From Nitrososphaerota archaeon (GTDB lineage Archaea; Thermoproteota; Nitrososphaeria_A; Caldarchaeales; Calditenuaceae), in NCBI GenBank assembly GCA_033581555.1, contig JAVQSZ010000005.1, positions 76,832-140,831 of the forward strand: a stretch of 64,000 bases of DNA, given 5' to 3'. The notes under the pieces were generated by a model. It had not been told where the DNA came from and did not search any database. It worked only from the letters and a program-made list of their open reading frames with translations. Positions within the stretch are counted from its first letter, which is position 1. Each line of letters begins with the position of its first letter. Position numbers and translations under genes: made by a program. This document shows positions 1-9,620 of this stretch, in pieces.

Positions 1-1
1 C

Positions 2-955
2 GAGGTCTCCTACGTCGCTAGGGACTACGAGCAGCTGGACTGGGTCGAGCGCGAGCTTCGGCTCGGGGCCCTGAAGGTAGGGAGGTTCGGCGGGGAGGGG
101 CTCGAGGGGAAGCTGGTCGCGAGCACCGAGAGGCAGGCGGCCCTCATCGATGTCCTCAAGGAGCTCAGACCGAAGATCGCGGCCTCGAGCGGGTCGATCG
201 AGCTCTGCAGGGTCGCCTACGGACTCGCGGTCAGGCACTACCTCGCCTCCGACACGCCCCACTCGCCGGTGAACAGGGTCTGCGTCCCGCTCTCCGACCT
301 CGTCGCGACTCCCCGCTACATCCCAGTCTCGGAGTGGAGGAGGTGGGCAACTCCCTCGACCAGGTTCCTGAGGTACAGGGCCCTCGACCCGATCGCGTGG
401 ATCAGGAGGCTGGAGGGCCCGGTGAGTCGTAGTGCGGGGAGGAGGTACGTCCTCGTCAGGCCGCCGGAGAGGAAGGCGAGCTACCTCAGATCGGGTGGTC
501 TGGAGGAGACCTCGGCGGTGATCCGGGCCCTCAGATCCAACTACGAAGGCGAGGTGCTGGTGGTCGCGAGGTACAGGGACGACGCCTCCCAACTCTCGGG
601 GGTCTCCGGAGACCGGGTGAAGGTGTTGAACGAGCCGACGCTACTGCTGCCGCTGATCGCCGGCGCCGACGCGGTCTTCTCGGGCGGCGGAACCACGGCC
701 CAAGAGGCCGCACTGCTCGGCGTCCCTACATTCACCTTCTACCCCGGCGAGATACCTGCAGTCCACAGGTTCCTGATCAGGAGGGGGCTGCTGAAGGAGG
801 TAGACCCTGAAAAGCGTTCGATTGCGGCGGCGATCGAGCTCGCGATGGAGTCCGGGTTCCGAAGGAGGCTGATGGAGAGGGCGAGGAGGCTGAGGGGCTC
901 AATGGAGGACCCCGCTGAGGCCCTCGCGAACGCTATTGCGGCTGGACTGGAGTAG
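2..955 (+). CDS. DUF354-family GT-B-fold protein (5'-truncated by window edge)
   Basis: Frame open from window start; GGS/GLEGKL N-terminal segment, SDTPH, SGGGTTAQEAALLGVPT motif typical of archaeal DUF354 proteins. Confidence 0.7.
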   Translation, partial: EVSYVARDYEQLDWVERELRLGALKVGRFGGEGLEGKLVASTERQAALIDVLKELRPKIAASSGSIELCRVAYGLAVRHYLASDTPHSPVNRVCVPLSDLVATPRYIPVSEWRRWATPSTRFLRYRALDPIAWIRRLEGPVSRSAGRRYVLVRPPERKASYLRSGGLEETSAVIRALRSNYEGEVLVVARYRDDASQLSGVSGDRVKVLNEPTLLLPLIAGADAVFSGGGTTAQEAALLGVPTFTFYPGEIPAVHRFLIRRGLLKEVDPEKRSIAAAIELAMESGFRRRLMERARRLRGSMEDPAEALANAIAAGLE

Positions 956-997
956 CTTGATGGACCGGCGACTCAGATGGCAGCCAGGTGGTAGGCG

Positions 998-2308
998 CTG
1001 AGGGTCTTCGCGGACCTGCAGATCCACTCGAGGTACTCGGGGGCCACGTCGACCAAGATGACCCTCGACGAACTGGTCTACTACGCCGACCTCAAGGGAA
1101 TAGACCTGATGGGGACCGGAGACGCCCTTCACCCGCTCTGGCTGAGGGAGCTGATCGAGAACACCGTGGAGGTCTCGCAGGGCGTCTACGCGTACAAAGG
1201 AGGAGGGAGGGTGAAGTTCGTCGCGCAGACGGAGGTCGCGACCGTCCACGACTACGCCGGGAGGACGCGGAAGATCCACCACGTGATCCTCATGCCGAGC
1301 CTCGAGGTCGCTGGCCAGCTCTCGGACGCGCTGAGGGGGTACGGGAACGTCGAGTCCGACGGGAGGCCAGTTCTGAACGTCAGGCCGAGCGAACTGGTCG
1401 AGGTCGTCCTTCAGACGGAACCCAGGTGCTACGTCTTCCCCGCACACGCCTGGACTCCCTGGTGGTCGATCTTCGGGGCCTTCAGTGGCGTCGACGCGGT
1501 AGAGGAGTGCTACGAGGACAAGGCCGACCGGATCCATGCGATCGAGACCGGGTTGAGCAGCGACCCGCCGATGAACTGGAGGGTGAGCTCGCTCGATCGA
1601 TACCTGCTGGTCAGCTCCTCTGACTCCCACAGCCCCTACCCCTATAGGATAGGGAGGGAGATGGTCGTCCTCGAGCTGAAGGACCTCTCATACGACGGCC
1701 TCTACGCCGCCCTCACCCGCTCCCCGGGCCCTTCGATGGCGGTCATGACGGTCGAGGTCCCCCCGAGCTACGGGAAGTACCACTGGTCGGGACACAGGAG
1801 GTGCGGGGTGGGTCCGCTGAGCCCGAAGGAGGCGAAGAGGCTGAACTACGTCTGCCCGAGGTGCGGGAGGAGGCTCACGAAGGGCGTCGAGGACAGGGTC
1901 GAGGAGCTCGCCGACAGGCCTGAGGGTTACAGGCCGGAGGGCGCCCTAGACTTCGTCTACGTACTGCCGCTGCAAGAGCTGATCGCCCTGAGCAGGGGCG
2001 AGGACCCGAACGCGACCAACCTGATGTCCAAGGCGATATGGGGCGAGTACGTGAGGATGGTCGGGGCCTTCGGGAGCGAGATTCGGGCCCTCCTCGAGGC
2101 GCCAGTCGGGGAGATCGCGAGGCTCACCGACCCGGTACTCGCTCGGCTGATCGAGAGGATGAGGAGGAACCAGCTAGAAGTCGTGCCCGGGTACGACGGC
2201 CTCTACGGAAGGGTCAAGCTGCCTGAGGGCATCGGCGCCAGCGCTAGGAAGATGACGCCGAAGTCCGAGGTCGGGAGGAGGCGCACTAAGACCCTCGACG
2301 AGTACTGA
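998..2308 (+). CDS. PHP-domain/Zn-ribbon protein, endonuclease Q (TIGR00375-like) family
   Basis: LRVFADLQIHSRYS, GTGD, PAHAWTPW, ETGLSSD, SDSHS, GKYHWSGHRRC, CPRCG...GV, PGYDGLYG; conserved N-terminus begins at CTG 998, upstream of the ORF-track ATG 1058. Confidence 0.85.
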   Translation: MRVFADLQIHSRYSGATSTKMTLDELVYYADLKGIDLMGTGDALHPLWLRELIENTVEVSQGVYAYKGGGRVKFVAQTEVATVHDYAGRTRKIHHVILMPSLEVAGQLSDALRGYGNVESDGRPVLNVRPSELVEVVLQTEPRCYVFPAHAWTPWWSIFGAFSGVDAVEECYEDKADRIHAIETGLSSDPPMNWRVSSLDRYLLVSSSDSHSPYPYRIGREMVVLELKDLSYDGLYAALTRSPGPSMAVMTVEVPPSYGKYHWSGHRRCGVGPLSPKEAKRLNYVCPRCGRRLTKGVEDRVEELADRPEGYRPEGALDFVYVLPLQELIALSRGEDPNATNLMSKAIWGEYVRMVGAFGSEIRALLEAPVGEIARLTDPVLARLIERMRRNQLEVVPGYDGLYGRVKLPEGIGASARKMTPKSEVGRRRTKTLDEY

Positions 2309-2323
2309 CGGCAAACCCCGCGG

Positions 2324-4228
2324 TCAGGCGAGCCTAAGGGAGTCCAGGTTGTTCGGCGCGTAGACCGAGGCGCCGGGAACCACCTTCCTAGCTACCGGGT
2401 ACATGGCCTGAATCGCCTCGGGCTCGCCGTGGATGAAGACGACGTTCTTAGGTCTGGTGGAGACCCGCTTGAGGTAGTTGATCAGCTGCTGCCTGCTCGA
2501 GTGGCCGGAGAAGCCATCGACCTTGTCGACCCTCATCCTCACGGTCAGGGCCTCGAACTTCCCCTCCTCGTTCATCACCTGGACCTCCCTCATCCCCTTC
2601 AGGATCTTCCTCCCCAGGGTCCCCTCGACCTGATAGCTGACGAACTGCAGCAGGTTCCGCTCGTCGCCGCAGAGCCTCCTGAAGTACGCCAGGACCGGAC
2701 CTCCCTCCATCATGCCCGAGGTGGCGAGGATGATCGCGGGCTCCGTCGACTGGAGGACCTCCTCCCTCTGCTGGGGGCTCCTGACCAGCGTGAAGTAGTC
2801 GGAGAGGAAGACGTTCCCGACCTGTTCCATCTCGGCCTGGAGCTTGCCCGACATGTACTCGGGGAACATCATGTGGATCGCGGTGGACTCGATGAGGAGG
2901 CCATCTAGGAAGACCGGGACTTCGGGGATCACCTTCTGCTCGAAGAGCCTCCTGATCACCAGCATGATCTCCTGAGCCCTCCCGACCGCCGGGACAGGTA
3001 TCAGTACCTGACCTCCCTCACTCACGGTCTGGGATATCCTCTCGCCTAGCATCCTGACGCTCTCCTCCCTCGTGTATGGGACCGGAGTCGCGCCGTAGGT
3101 GCTCTCGAGGATCAGCGTCTCGACCCTCGGGAACTTCGTGACTGCGGGGCTCAGCATCTCGGTCTCCTCGTACTTGAAGTCGCCGGTGTAGACGACGTTG
3201 TGGAAGCCGTCGTCGACGTGAAGGTGCGCGATCGCGGATCCTATGATGTGGCCCGCGTTGTAGAAGGTCAGCCTCATGTCGGGGGTTATGTTGGTGACCA
3301 CGCCGTACCTGAGCGTGACCGTGTACTGAGCGACGGTCCTGACGTCGTGCTCGGAGTATGGCGCGAACTCACCCTCTTTCCCTATTAGGTTGAGGTAGTC
3401 GAGGTGCTCCATGATCATCAAGGGCAGCGTCGGCTCCGTCATGTAGACCGGGCCCCTGTAACCGTACTTGAAGAGGAGCGGGAGGGCCCCGTGGTGGTCC
3501 ATGTGTGAGTGCGTGACGACGACCGCGTCCAGCTCCTCGATCAGGTCTGGGTAGGAGTCGAACCTCGGGAAGACGTCGTGGATCCTGGTCGCGCCGGCGT
3601 TGATGCCCGCGTCGAGCAGGACCGTGCTCTCCTTAGTCTTGACCAGCAGGCAGGACCTCCCGACCTGCATAGCTCCCCCGAGGAACGTGATGACGACCTC
3701 GCTGTCCTGGAAGAGCCTGTCCCTGAAGACCCTCTCGCCGATCGACCTGAGGATCTCTATCCGCTCGGGCCCGGCCCCGTAGATGTACCTGCTCACCTTC
3801 TCGACGGTCGTCGAGGTCATCGGCGGAGCCCTCCTCACCGTCACGACCCACCTCAACCTGTTCTCGAGTTCAGCCACGACGGCCTCGTCGATCGGGACCA
3901 CCACGTCCTTCGTCTTGATGGTGACGATCACCTCTCCCAGCTCCTCGTCGATCCGGAGGCTGTACTGGTGGCCCGCGAACGCCTCCGCGACCGCGGCCTC
4001 CGCCTCCTCCTTCGGGGCCCTTATCGAAGGGTCGGGCCTGATCACGACCCTCTTCTTGATCATGCTCACCAGCTCCCTCGCGATCCTGTTCCTGTCCGCG
4101 AAGACGTCGGGCCTGTCGGTGTAGATCGCGATCCTCGGCCCCTCATAGTCGATCTTGGTCGCGACGCGCTGCCCCTGACCCACCGTCGCTAGATAGCTTA
4201 AGATCTCGTCCCTGATCGAGCTAAACAT
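2324..4228 (-). CDS. fttA: beta-CASP ribonuclease aCPSF1 / transcription termination factor FttA
   Basis: 634 aa; KH-like N-terminus (YEGPRIAIY, IRPDPS), THSHMDHHG, NAGHIIGSA, YTGD, ESTYG, GFSGHS, HGE. Confidence 0.93.
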   Translation of the reverse strand: MFSSIRDEILSYLATVGQGQRVATKIDYEGPRIAIYTDRPDVFADRNRIARELVSMIKKRVVIRPDPSIRAPKEEAEAAVAEAFAGHQYSLRIDEELGEVIVTIKTKDVVVPIDEAVVAELENRLRWVVTVRRAPPMTSTTVEKVSRYIYGAGPERIEILRSIGERVFRDRLFQDSEVVITFLGGAMQVGRSCLLVKTKESTVLLDAGINAGATRIHDVFPRFDSYPDLIEELDAVVVTHSHMDHHGALPLLFKYGYRGPVYMTEPTLPLMIMEHLDYLNLIGKEGEFAPYSEHDVRTVAQYTVTLRYGVVTNITPDMRLTFYNAGHIIGSAIAHLHVDDGFHNVVYTGDFKYEETEMLSPAVTKFPRVETLILESTYGATPVPYTREESVRMLGERISQTVSEGGQVLIPVPAVGRAQEIMLVIRRLFEQKVIPEVPVFLDGLLIESTAIHMMFPEYMSGKLQAEMEQVGNVFLSDYFTLVRSPQQREEVLQSTEPAIILATSGMMEGGPVLAYFRRLCGDERNLLQFVSYQVEGTLGRKILKGMREVQVMNEEGKFEALTVRMRVDKVDGFSGHSSRQQLINYLKRVSTRPKNVVFIHGEPEAIQAMYPVARKVVPGASVYAPNNLDSLRLA

Positions 4229-4476
4229 GAGCTTTCTTTCACCTTCTGGGCGACAGCCCTACCTGAACCCGCTCCGTCTTTATTTAAGTGTAAATCGTTC
4301 GGCATCCCGGCCCGCGTTGAGCTCGCACAACCGGTGCGCGCCCTCGCACACCACCTAAGCGACGGGCAGGACGCTGCAGAGTCGTCACGACACCCGCCGT
4401 ATGACATACCAGTGACACCCTGGGTGCGCGCCTCGGGACGGTTTATCTTCAGGAGAGGTGTAAGAGGGGGACCGAG

Positions 4477-5808
4477 TTGCAGGACGACGTGGTCAGCGTC
4501 ACCAGGGCCCACCTCTTCGGGACCTGGAGGAAGCAGAGGGGGTGGACGCCCCTCAATGCCGTGAAGGGAGAGGGCTGCTACGTCCTCGACGCCTCGGGGA
4601 GGTCGATCCTGGACTTCTCCTCGATGCTGGTCTGCGTCAACCTCGGGTACTCGAACAGGGCGATAGCCGAAGCCGTAGCGTCGCAGATAGGCACGCTGCC
4701 TTACGTGATCCCCTCCATGACCACCGTCGTGAAGGCCGAGGTCGCCCGGCTCCTGAAGGAGGTCCTGCCCGAGGGCCTCGAGAAGTTCTTCTTCTCGACT
4801 TCAGGGACAGACGCGGTAGAGGCCGCGATCAAGATCGCGAGGCTCAAGACCGGCAGGCCCAAAATCCTCTCGAGGTACTTCTCCTACCACGGGTCCACGA
4901 GCGGCTCGATCGCGGCCAGCGGCGAGGTGAGGAGGTGGTTCGTCGAGCACTTCGGGAAGGCCGGAGACGTCGTCTTCGCACCGCCGCCTTACTGCTACAG
5001 GTGCCCGTTCAAGCTGAAGTACCCCGAGTGCGGCATCGCCTGCGTCGAGGTGATCGACCACATCATCAAGAACGAGTTCGGGATAGCCGGGATCATCTTC
5101 GAGCCTGTGGTGGGCACGAACGGCGTGATAGTCCCTCCCGAGGGTTACATGGAGAGGCTACAGGAAATAGCGAGGGAGAACGACGTCCTCCTCATCGACG
5201 ACGAGGTGATGACGGGATGGTTCAGGACCGGGAAGTGGTTCGCGGTCGAGCACTGGGGCGTCAAGCCCGACATACTCGTCACCGCGAAGGGTCTCACCTC
5301 CGCGTACGTCCCGCTCGCGCTCACAGCAGTCAGCAGGGAGATCGCGGAGCACTTCGAGGACAACTTCTTCGCGCACGGCCACACCTACGAGGCTCATCCG
5401 GTGGGGCTGGCGGCCGCTAAGGCAGCGATCCAGGAGTACAGGAGGCTCAGGATCTGGGAGAACGTCGAGAGGGTCGGGAGGTACTTGGGCAGGAGGCTGA
5501 GGGAGCTGGAGGAGAGGCACCGGTCGGTGGGTGAGGTGAGGGGAATCGGGATGTTCTGGGCAATCGACCTGACCAGGGACAGGAACACGAGGGAACCCTT
5601 CAGCGTCTACGCCGATAAGTACGCGGGGAACTCGACGATGGCCGAGAGGTTGGCGGCAGAAGCGCTCAAGCGCGGAGTCTACCTCCTCGGCTACGTCAAC
5701 AACCTCGTGATCGCCCCTCCCCTCATCGCCACCGAGGCCGACGTCGACAGGGGAGTTGATGTCCTGGACGAGGTCCTCAGGGTCTCGGACCAGGAGGCGA
5801 GGGGCTGA
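4477..5808 (+). CDS. Class III PLP-dependent aminotransferase (omega-amino acid/taurine type)
   Basis: SGTDAVE, SYHG, DEVMTGWFRTG, PDILVTAKGLT (PLP lysine), HGHTY. Confidence 0.9.
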   Translation: MQDDVVSVTRAHLFGTWRKQRGWTPLNAVKGEGCYVLDASGRSILDFSSMLVCVNLGYSNRAIAEAVASQIGTLPYVIPSMTTVVKAEVARLLKEVLPEGLEKFFFSTSGTDAVEAAIKIARLKTGRPKILSRYFSYHGSTSGSIAASGEVRRWFVEHFGKAGDVVFAPPPYCYRCPFKLKYPECGIACVEVIDHIIKNEFGIAGIIFEPVVGTNGVIVPPEGYMERLQEIARENDVLLIDDEVMTGWFRTGKWFAVEHWGVKPDILVTAKGLTSAYVPLALTAVSREIAEHFEDNFFAHGHTYEAHPVGLAAAKAAIQEYRRLRIWENVERVGRYLGRRLRELEERHRSVGEVRGIGMFWAIDLTRDRNTREPFSVYADKYAGNSTMAERLAAEALKRGVYLLGYVNNLVIAPPLIATEADVDRGVDVLDEVLRVSDQEARG

Positions 5809-5810
5809 GC

Positions 5811-6740
5811 TCAACCGATCGATATCATCAGGTACGAGACCACTATCGAGACGTAGATCAGGGAGAAGGAGATGAGGGCGGCCACGTGCCACCTCATCCT
5901 CCTGACGTAGGAGAGGCCGGCCGCGAAGACGAGGAACGAACCCACCTGGGAGACCACTAGGACCAGGTTCGCGGTGACGCTGTTCGGGAGCGGGAAGGTA
6001 GCCTCGAACTGCCCGAGCCTCATGACCCTATCGACGAAGGCCGCAGCGGGGTAGAGCGACATCGGGAGGAGCCCGAGCGGCAACAGGGCCAGCATCTGCC
6101 TCCACTGACCCCCGAACGTGATCAGCGACGCGAGGAGGCCCTTCACCCCCTTGAACCTGTCGGGCGTCCGGCCCGAGAGCCGCTCGTAGAGCTCCGAGAG
6201 GGCCGAGAAGTACCCGTAGGTGAGGAGGGCCGTGGCCGCGAGGCATACCGCGAGCCCGTCGACTGAGAAGTGCCTGAACTTGTAGACGTGGAGTATCAGG
6301 AGGACGAACTTGCCGTTGAGCAGGAGCGCCACTAGCACCGCCGCGGAGAGGGCCGCCGTCAGCGCCCCGAACCTCGGCCTTTCGACGAAAGGGCTGATCA
6401 GCCACGTGGGGACGAAGACCTGGCTCAGCAGCTCAATTGCCCTGCTCCGCCTCTGGTCAATCTCCTCGAACGAGAGGTCTTCCCTCGTCTTGAGGTACCT
6501 ATAGACCTGCTCCCCAAGCTTGGTGAGGACGTAGTTCCGCTTGTCGTCCTGAGCGACGAGGTCCCTCAGCTGCCTGAGGTTGTAGTAGAGGGAGCCCGTG
6601 CTTATCCCGAGCTTCTCCCTCAAGGCCACCGCGCCTATCTTCCCGGAGTCGCCGACGACCTCGATGATCCTCCGCCTTATGCGGTGCCGGAGCAGCCACA
6701 AGAGCTCCCTCTCGTCGATGCCTTCGGCCAAAATCTTCAC
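5811..6740 (-). CDS. ArsR-like winged-helix domain fused to multi-pass membrane domain
   Basis: N-terminal LRHRIRRRII...LGISTGSLYYNLRQL...YVLT; hydrophobic C-terminal two-thirds. Confidence 0.7.
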   Translation of the reverse strand: MKILAEGIDERELLWLLRHRIRRRIIEVVGDSGKIGAVALREKLGISTGSLYYNLRQLRDLVAQDDKRNYVLTKLGEQVYRYLKTREDLSFEEIDQRRSRAIELLSQVFVPTWLISPFVERPRFGALTAALSAAVLVALLLNGKFVLLILHVYKFRHFSVDGLAVCLAATALLTYGYFSALSELYERLSGRTPDRFKGVKGLLASLITFGGQWRQMLALLPLGLLPMSLYPAAAFVDRVMRLGQFEATFPLPNSVTANLVLVVSQVGSFLVFAAGLSYVRRMRWHVAALISFSLIYVSIVVSYLMISIG

Positions 6741-6845
6741 ACCTACGGGTCACCGCGTCCGCTGGATATTTACCGTTTATTCGGCGGGAGCTTCACGGCG
6801 GAGCTTCGCATGACCTTAAGAGAAGGCGCTGGGCCTGCACTTCGG

Positions 6846-7952
6846 ATGAAGGACGACGGGCCCGAGAAGTCGGTCTACAGGGCCGACAAGGAGAAGGAGA
6901 AGGTCCTCAGGGAGCTGAAGGCGCTCGGGACCAGGATAGTCAACGACCTGAAGAGGGGGAGATGGCCCTCGGTCGAGCTGCCGTTGAGGACGACCAAGAA
7001 CATCGTCTACGACGCGGACCTCAGGCAGTACGTCCTCGGACCGAAGAAGGCGGTCAGAACCCTGAGCAACATCAGGCACGTCAGGCCCTTCGCGCAGATG
7101 GTGTGGCTGATGAAGTTCTCAAAGCAGCTGATCGAGTCGGGGAAGACCTCGACACTCAGGGACACGTACTACGTCGCGCTGGGCGAGAACGTCGACTTCG
7201 AGGACCAGGACGAAAGCGACGACATCATCTTGGAGCTCGAGAGCGTGCTGGGTCACCCGAGGGAGGACTTCAACATCTTCCCGGAGGAGAGGGCCTCGAT
7301 ATACGGGGACCTCGTGATCGAGTACACCGTCCCCGGTTTCAGGGGCAACAGGGTCGACCTATCTACGCACCCGGACGGGTATGCGATAGGCCCGGCCCTC
7401 ACGACCGCCGAGTTCGTCAGGTGCGGGGCCGAGATGGTCTTCGTGATCGAGAAGGGCGCGGTCTTCAGCAGGTTCGTCGAGGAGAGGGCCGACAAGAAGT
7501 TCAAGGCGCTGCTGATCCACACCGCGGGCCAGTCTCCGAGGAACTGCAGGAAGCTGATCAGGAGGCTGAGGGAGGAGCTGGACCTCCCAATCTACGTCTT
7601 CGCCGACGCCGACCCCTACGGCGTCCACATAGCCTCGGTCCTAATCCACGGCTCCGCGCTCTCCGCCCACATCAAGCAGCTCAACGTCCCCGACGCGATC
7701 TGGGCAGGCGTCTACGCCACGGACATCACGAAGTACAAGCTGCCCTCGATGAAGTTCACTGACGTCGACGAGAAGAGGCTCTCTGAGCTCCTGGAGGACC
7801 CCAGGTACCAGGCCGACCCGTGGAGAAGGGAGGTGAAGTACTTCGAGAAGCTGAAGAGGAAGGCGGAGCTCGAGGCCTTCTCGAAGTACGGGCTCGAGTT
7901 CATCGTGAAGGACTTCCTCCCGGAGAGGCTCGCGGAGCTCCAGAAGCGGTGA
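6846..7952 (+). CDS. top6A: DNA topoisomerase VI subunit A (Spo11 family)
   Basis: STLRDTYY (catalytic Tyr), FEDQDESD, TOPRIM EKGA and DADPYG, KAELEA; ATG 6846 preferred to 6684. Confidence 0.93.
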   Translation: MKDDGPEKSVYRADKEKEKVLRELKALGTRIVNDLKRGRWPSVELPLRTTKNIVYDADLRQYVLGPKKAVRTLSNIRHVRPFAQMVWLMKFSKQLIESGKTSTLRDTYYVALGENVDFEDQDESDDIILELESVLGHPREDFNIFPEERASIYGDLVIEYTVPGFRGNRVDLSTHPDGYAIGPALTTAEFVRCGAEMVFVIEKGAVFSRFVEERADKKFKALLIHTAGQSPRNCRKLIRRLREELDLPIYVFADADPYGVHIASVLIHGSALSAHIKQLNVPDAIWAGVYATDITKYKLPSMKFTDVDEKRLSELLEDPRYQADPWRREVKYFEKLKRKAELEAFSKYGLEFIVKDFLPERLAELQKR

Positions 7953-7988
7953 GTTATTAGGCCGGCGGGACGATCGCACGTCAGGGTA

Positions 7989-8798
7989 TTGGTGCTGAGG
8001 TTCGCGGGCGAGAGGCCGGCGGTCCTGATAGAGAGCTCGGGGAGGAGGTACCTGCTGGTCACGGACGTCCACCTCGGCTACGAGCTGGAGCTCGCGGCTA
8101 AGGGCGTAAGGGTCCCTCCTCAGGCCCCTAAGGTCACCAGGCAACTGCTCGAGCTGGGCGAGGAGTCTGGAGCCGAGGTGCTGGTCCTCTTGGGAGACAT
8201 CAAGCACAGGGTCACCGGAGTCAGCTGGAGTGAGGAGGTGGGCGTGAGGACGATGCTCTCAGAGCTAAGCAGGAGGTTCGAGGAGGTGGTGGTCCTCCCT
8301 GGGAACCACGACGCGGGCATCTCGGAGCTCGCGAAGGACACGGCGAGGCTCGCGGGGAGCAGGGGCATCAGGATCGGGGGCTACTGGGTGATGCACGGCC
8401 ACACCTGGCCCCTCCCCGAGTCGCTGGACGTCGACGCCTACGTCATCGGACACACTCACCCGACCGCGGTGATCAGGACGCCCGAGGGGGACCTCAGAAT
8501 GAGGGTGAACCTGGTCCTGAAGGGCTCGAGGTCCAGGCTCGCGAGGGCGATCGCCGAGAGGCCCGGTTACGCCGAGGTCCTCGAGGTGATGAGGCCGAGG
8601 GGGACGGTCAAGCTGCTAGTGCTCGCGCACTTCAGCCCCATGGCTCCCGGCGTCGACGTGGCGGAGCTCCCCGGTTCGCGGAGGACCAGCCCGCTTTTGA
8701 GGTCCGGCGCCTTCGACGTCGCGGAGGCCGAAGTCCTGAGCACGTCGGGCGAGCTGCTCGGGAGGTTGACGGAGCTTGGGGTCGAGGAGGAGGCTTGA
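7989..8798 (+). CDS. Calcineurin-like metallophosphoesterase
   Basis: DVHLG, GDIKH, GNHD, HGH, GHTHP motifs. Confidence 0.88.
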   Translation: MVLRFAGERPAVLIESSGRRYLLVTDVHLGYELELAAKGVRVPPQAPKVTRQLLELGEESGAEVLVLLGDIKHRVTGVSWSEEVGVRTMLSELSRRFEEVVVLPGNHDAGISELAKDTARLAGSRGIRIGGYWVMHGHTWPLPESLDVDAYVIGHTHPTAVIRTPEGDLRMRVNLVLKGSRSRLARAIAERPGYAEVLEVMRPRGTVKLLVLAHFSPMAPGVDVAELPGSRRTSPLLRSGAFDVAEAEVLSTSGELLGRLTELGVEEEA

Positions 8799-9099
8799 GC
8801 CCGAGGAGGAGGCGAGGAGGCTCGCGGAGGAGGGAAGGGTCAAGCGGTACGTCTTCAGGCCGAGCGGCCGCGTCGTCTGGGTCGTGGTGGGCAGGAGGAG
8901 GGAGTACATCGTGATGCCCGAGGTGAACTACTGCACCTGCGACGACTACTACTTCAGGGTGATCAAGGGTCAGAAGCCCTCTTGCTACCACATAGCAGCC
9001 GTGAGGACCGCGATCTCGGAGGGGAGCTACGTCGATGTCGAGGAGGAGGACAGGTGGTTCTGGCACCTCCTCGACGAGTGGCTCGATTGGAGCGGGTGA
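8776..9099 (+). CDS. SWIM zinc-finger protein
   Basis: YCTCDDYYF...CYHI (CxC-xn-CxH). Confidence 0.85.
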   Translation: MGSRRRLEPEEEARRLAEEGRVKRYVFRPSGRVVWVVVGRRREYIVMPEVNYCTCDDYYFRVIKGQKPSCYHIAAVRTAISEGSYVDVEEEDRWFWHLLDEWLDWSG

Positions 9100-9620
9100 G
9101 CGCGCTCCGCGTAAGTCCGTGAGGAGCGAGGCCCCTCGGGTCCGGCAGAGAACCCCTTTTCGGGCCCTTCGGCCCCTTTGTAATCCCCGGGCCTCACCTT
9201 CCAGACCCAGACGAAGCTCGTGAGGAGGTTGACTGAGAAGGCGACCACGACCGCAAGGAAGTACGCGACGAGGTGGTTCACCAGCAGGACCTTGTTCAGC
9301 AGGTAGAAGGTCGCGAGGTTGACCGCGATGCTCCCGACCCTCGAGGCGTGGAACTTCAACAGCCTGGCCGCGAACCCGTTGTTCGGGTCTCCGCCTGCGC
9401 CGAAGGTCCACCTGTCGTTGATGAGGAAGTTCGCGACGAGCGTGACCTCCGTGACTAGGGCAGCGCTGAGGAAGGACTCCGCGCCGAGCAGGTCCACCAT
9501 CCCGAACATCATCGCCTCCGCGAGGACGAGCGTCGCGACCCCTACCGTCACAAACCTGTACGTCCTCCGGTCCCTAAGGAGCGCGAGCCCGTAGGACCAG
9601 GCGACCCTGAGGGCCCTCAA
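9027..9620 (-). CDS. GtrA-family membrane protein
   Basis: RFVTVG, NFLINDRWTF, four hydrophobic segments; probable TTG start at 9620 overlapping the nfo stop. Confidence 0.8.
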   Translation of the reverse strand: MRALRVAWSYGLALLRDRRTYRFVTVGVATLVLAEAMMFGMVDLLGAESFLSAALVTEVTLVANFLINDRWTFGAGGDPNNGFAARLLKFHASRVGSIAVNLATFYLLNKVLLVNHLVAYFLAVVVAFSVNLLTSFVWVWKVRPGDYKGAEGPEKGFSAGPEGPRSSRTYAERAHPLQSSHSSRRCQNHLSSSSTST

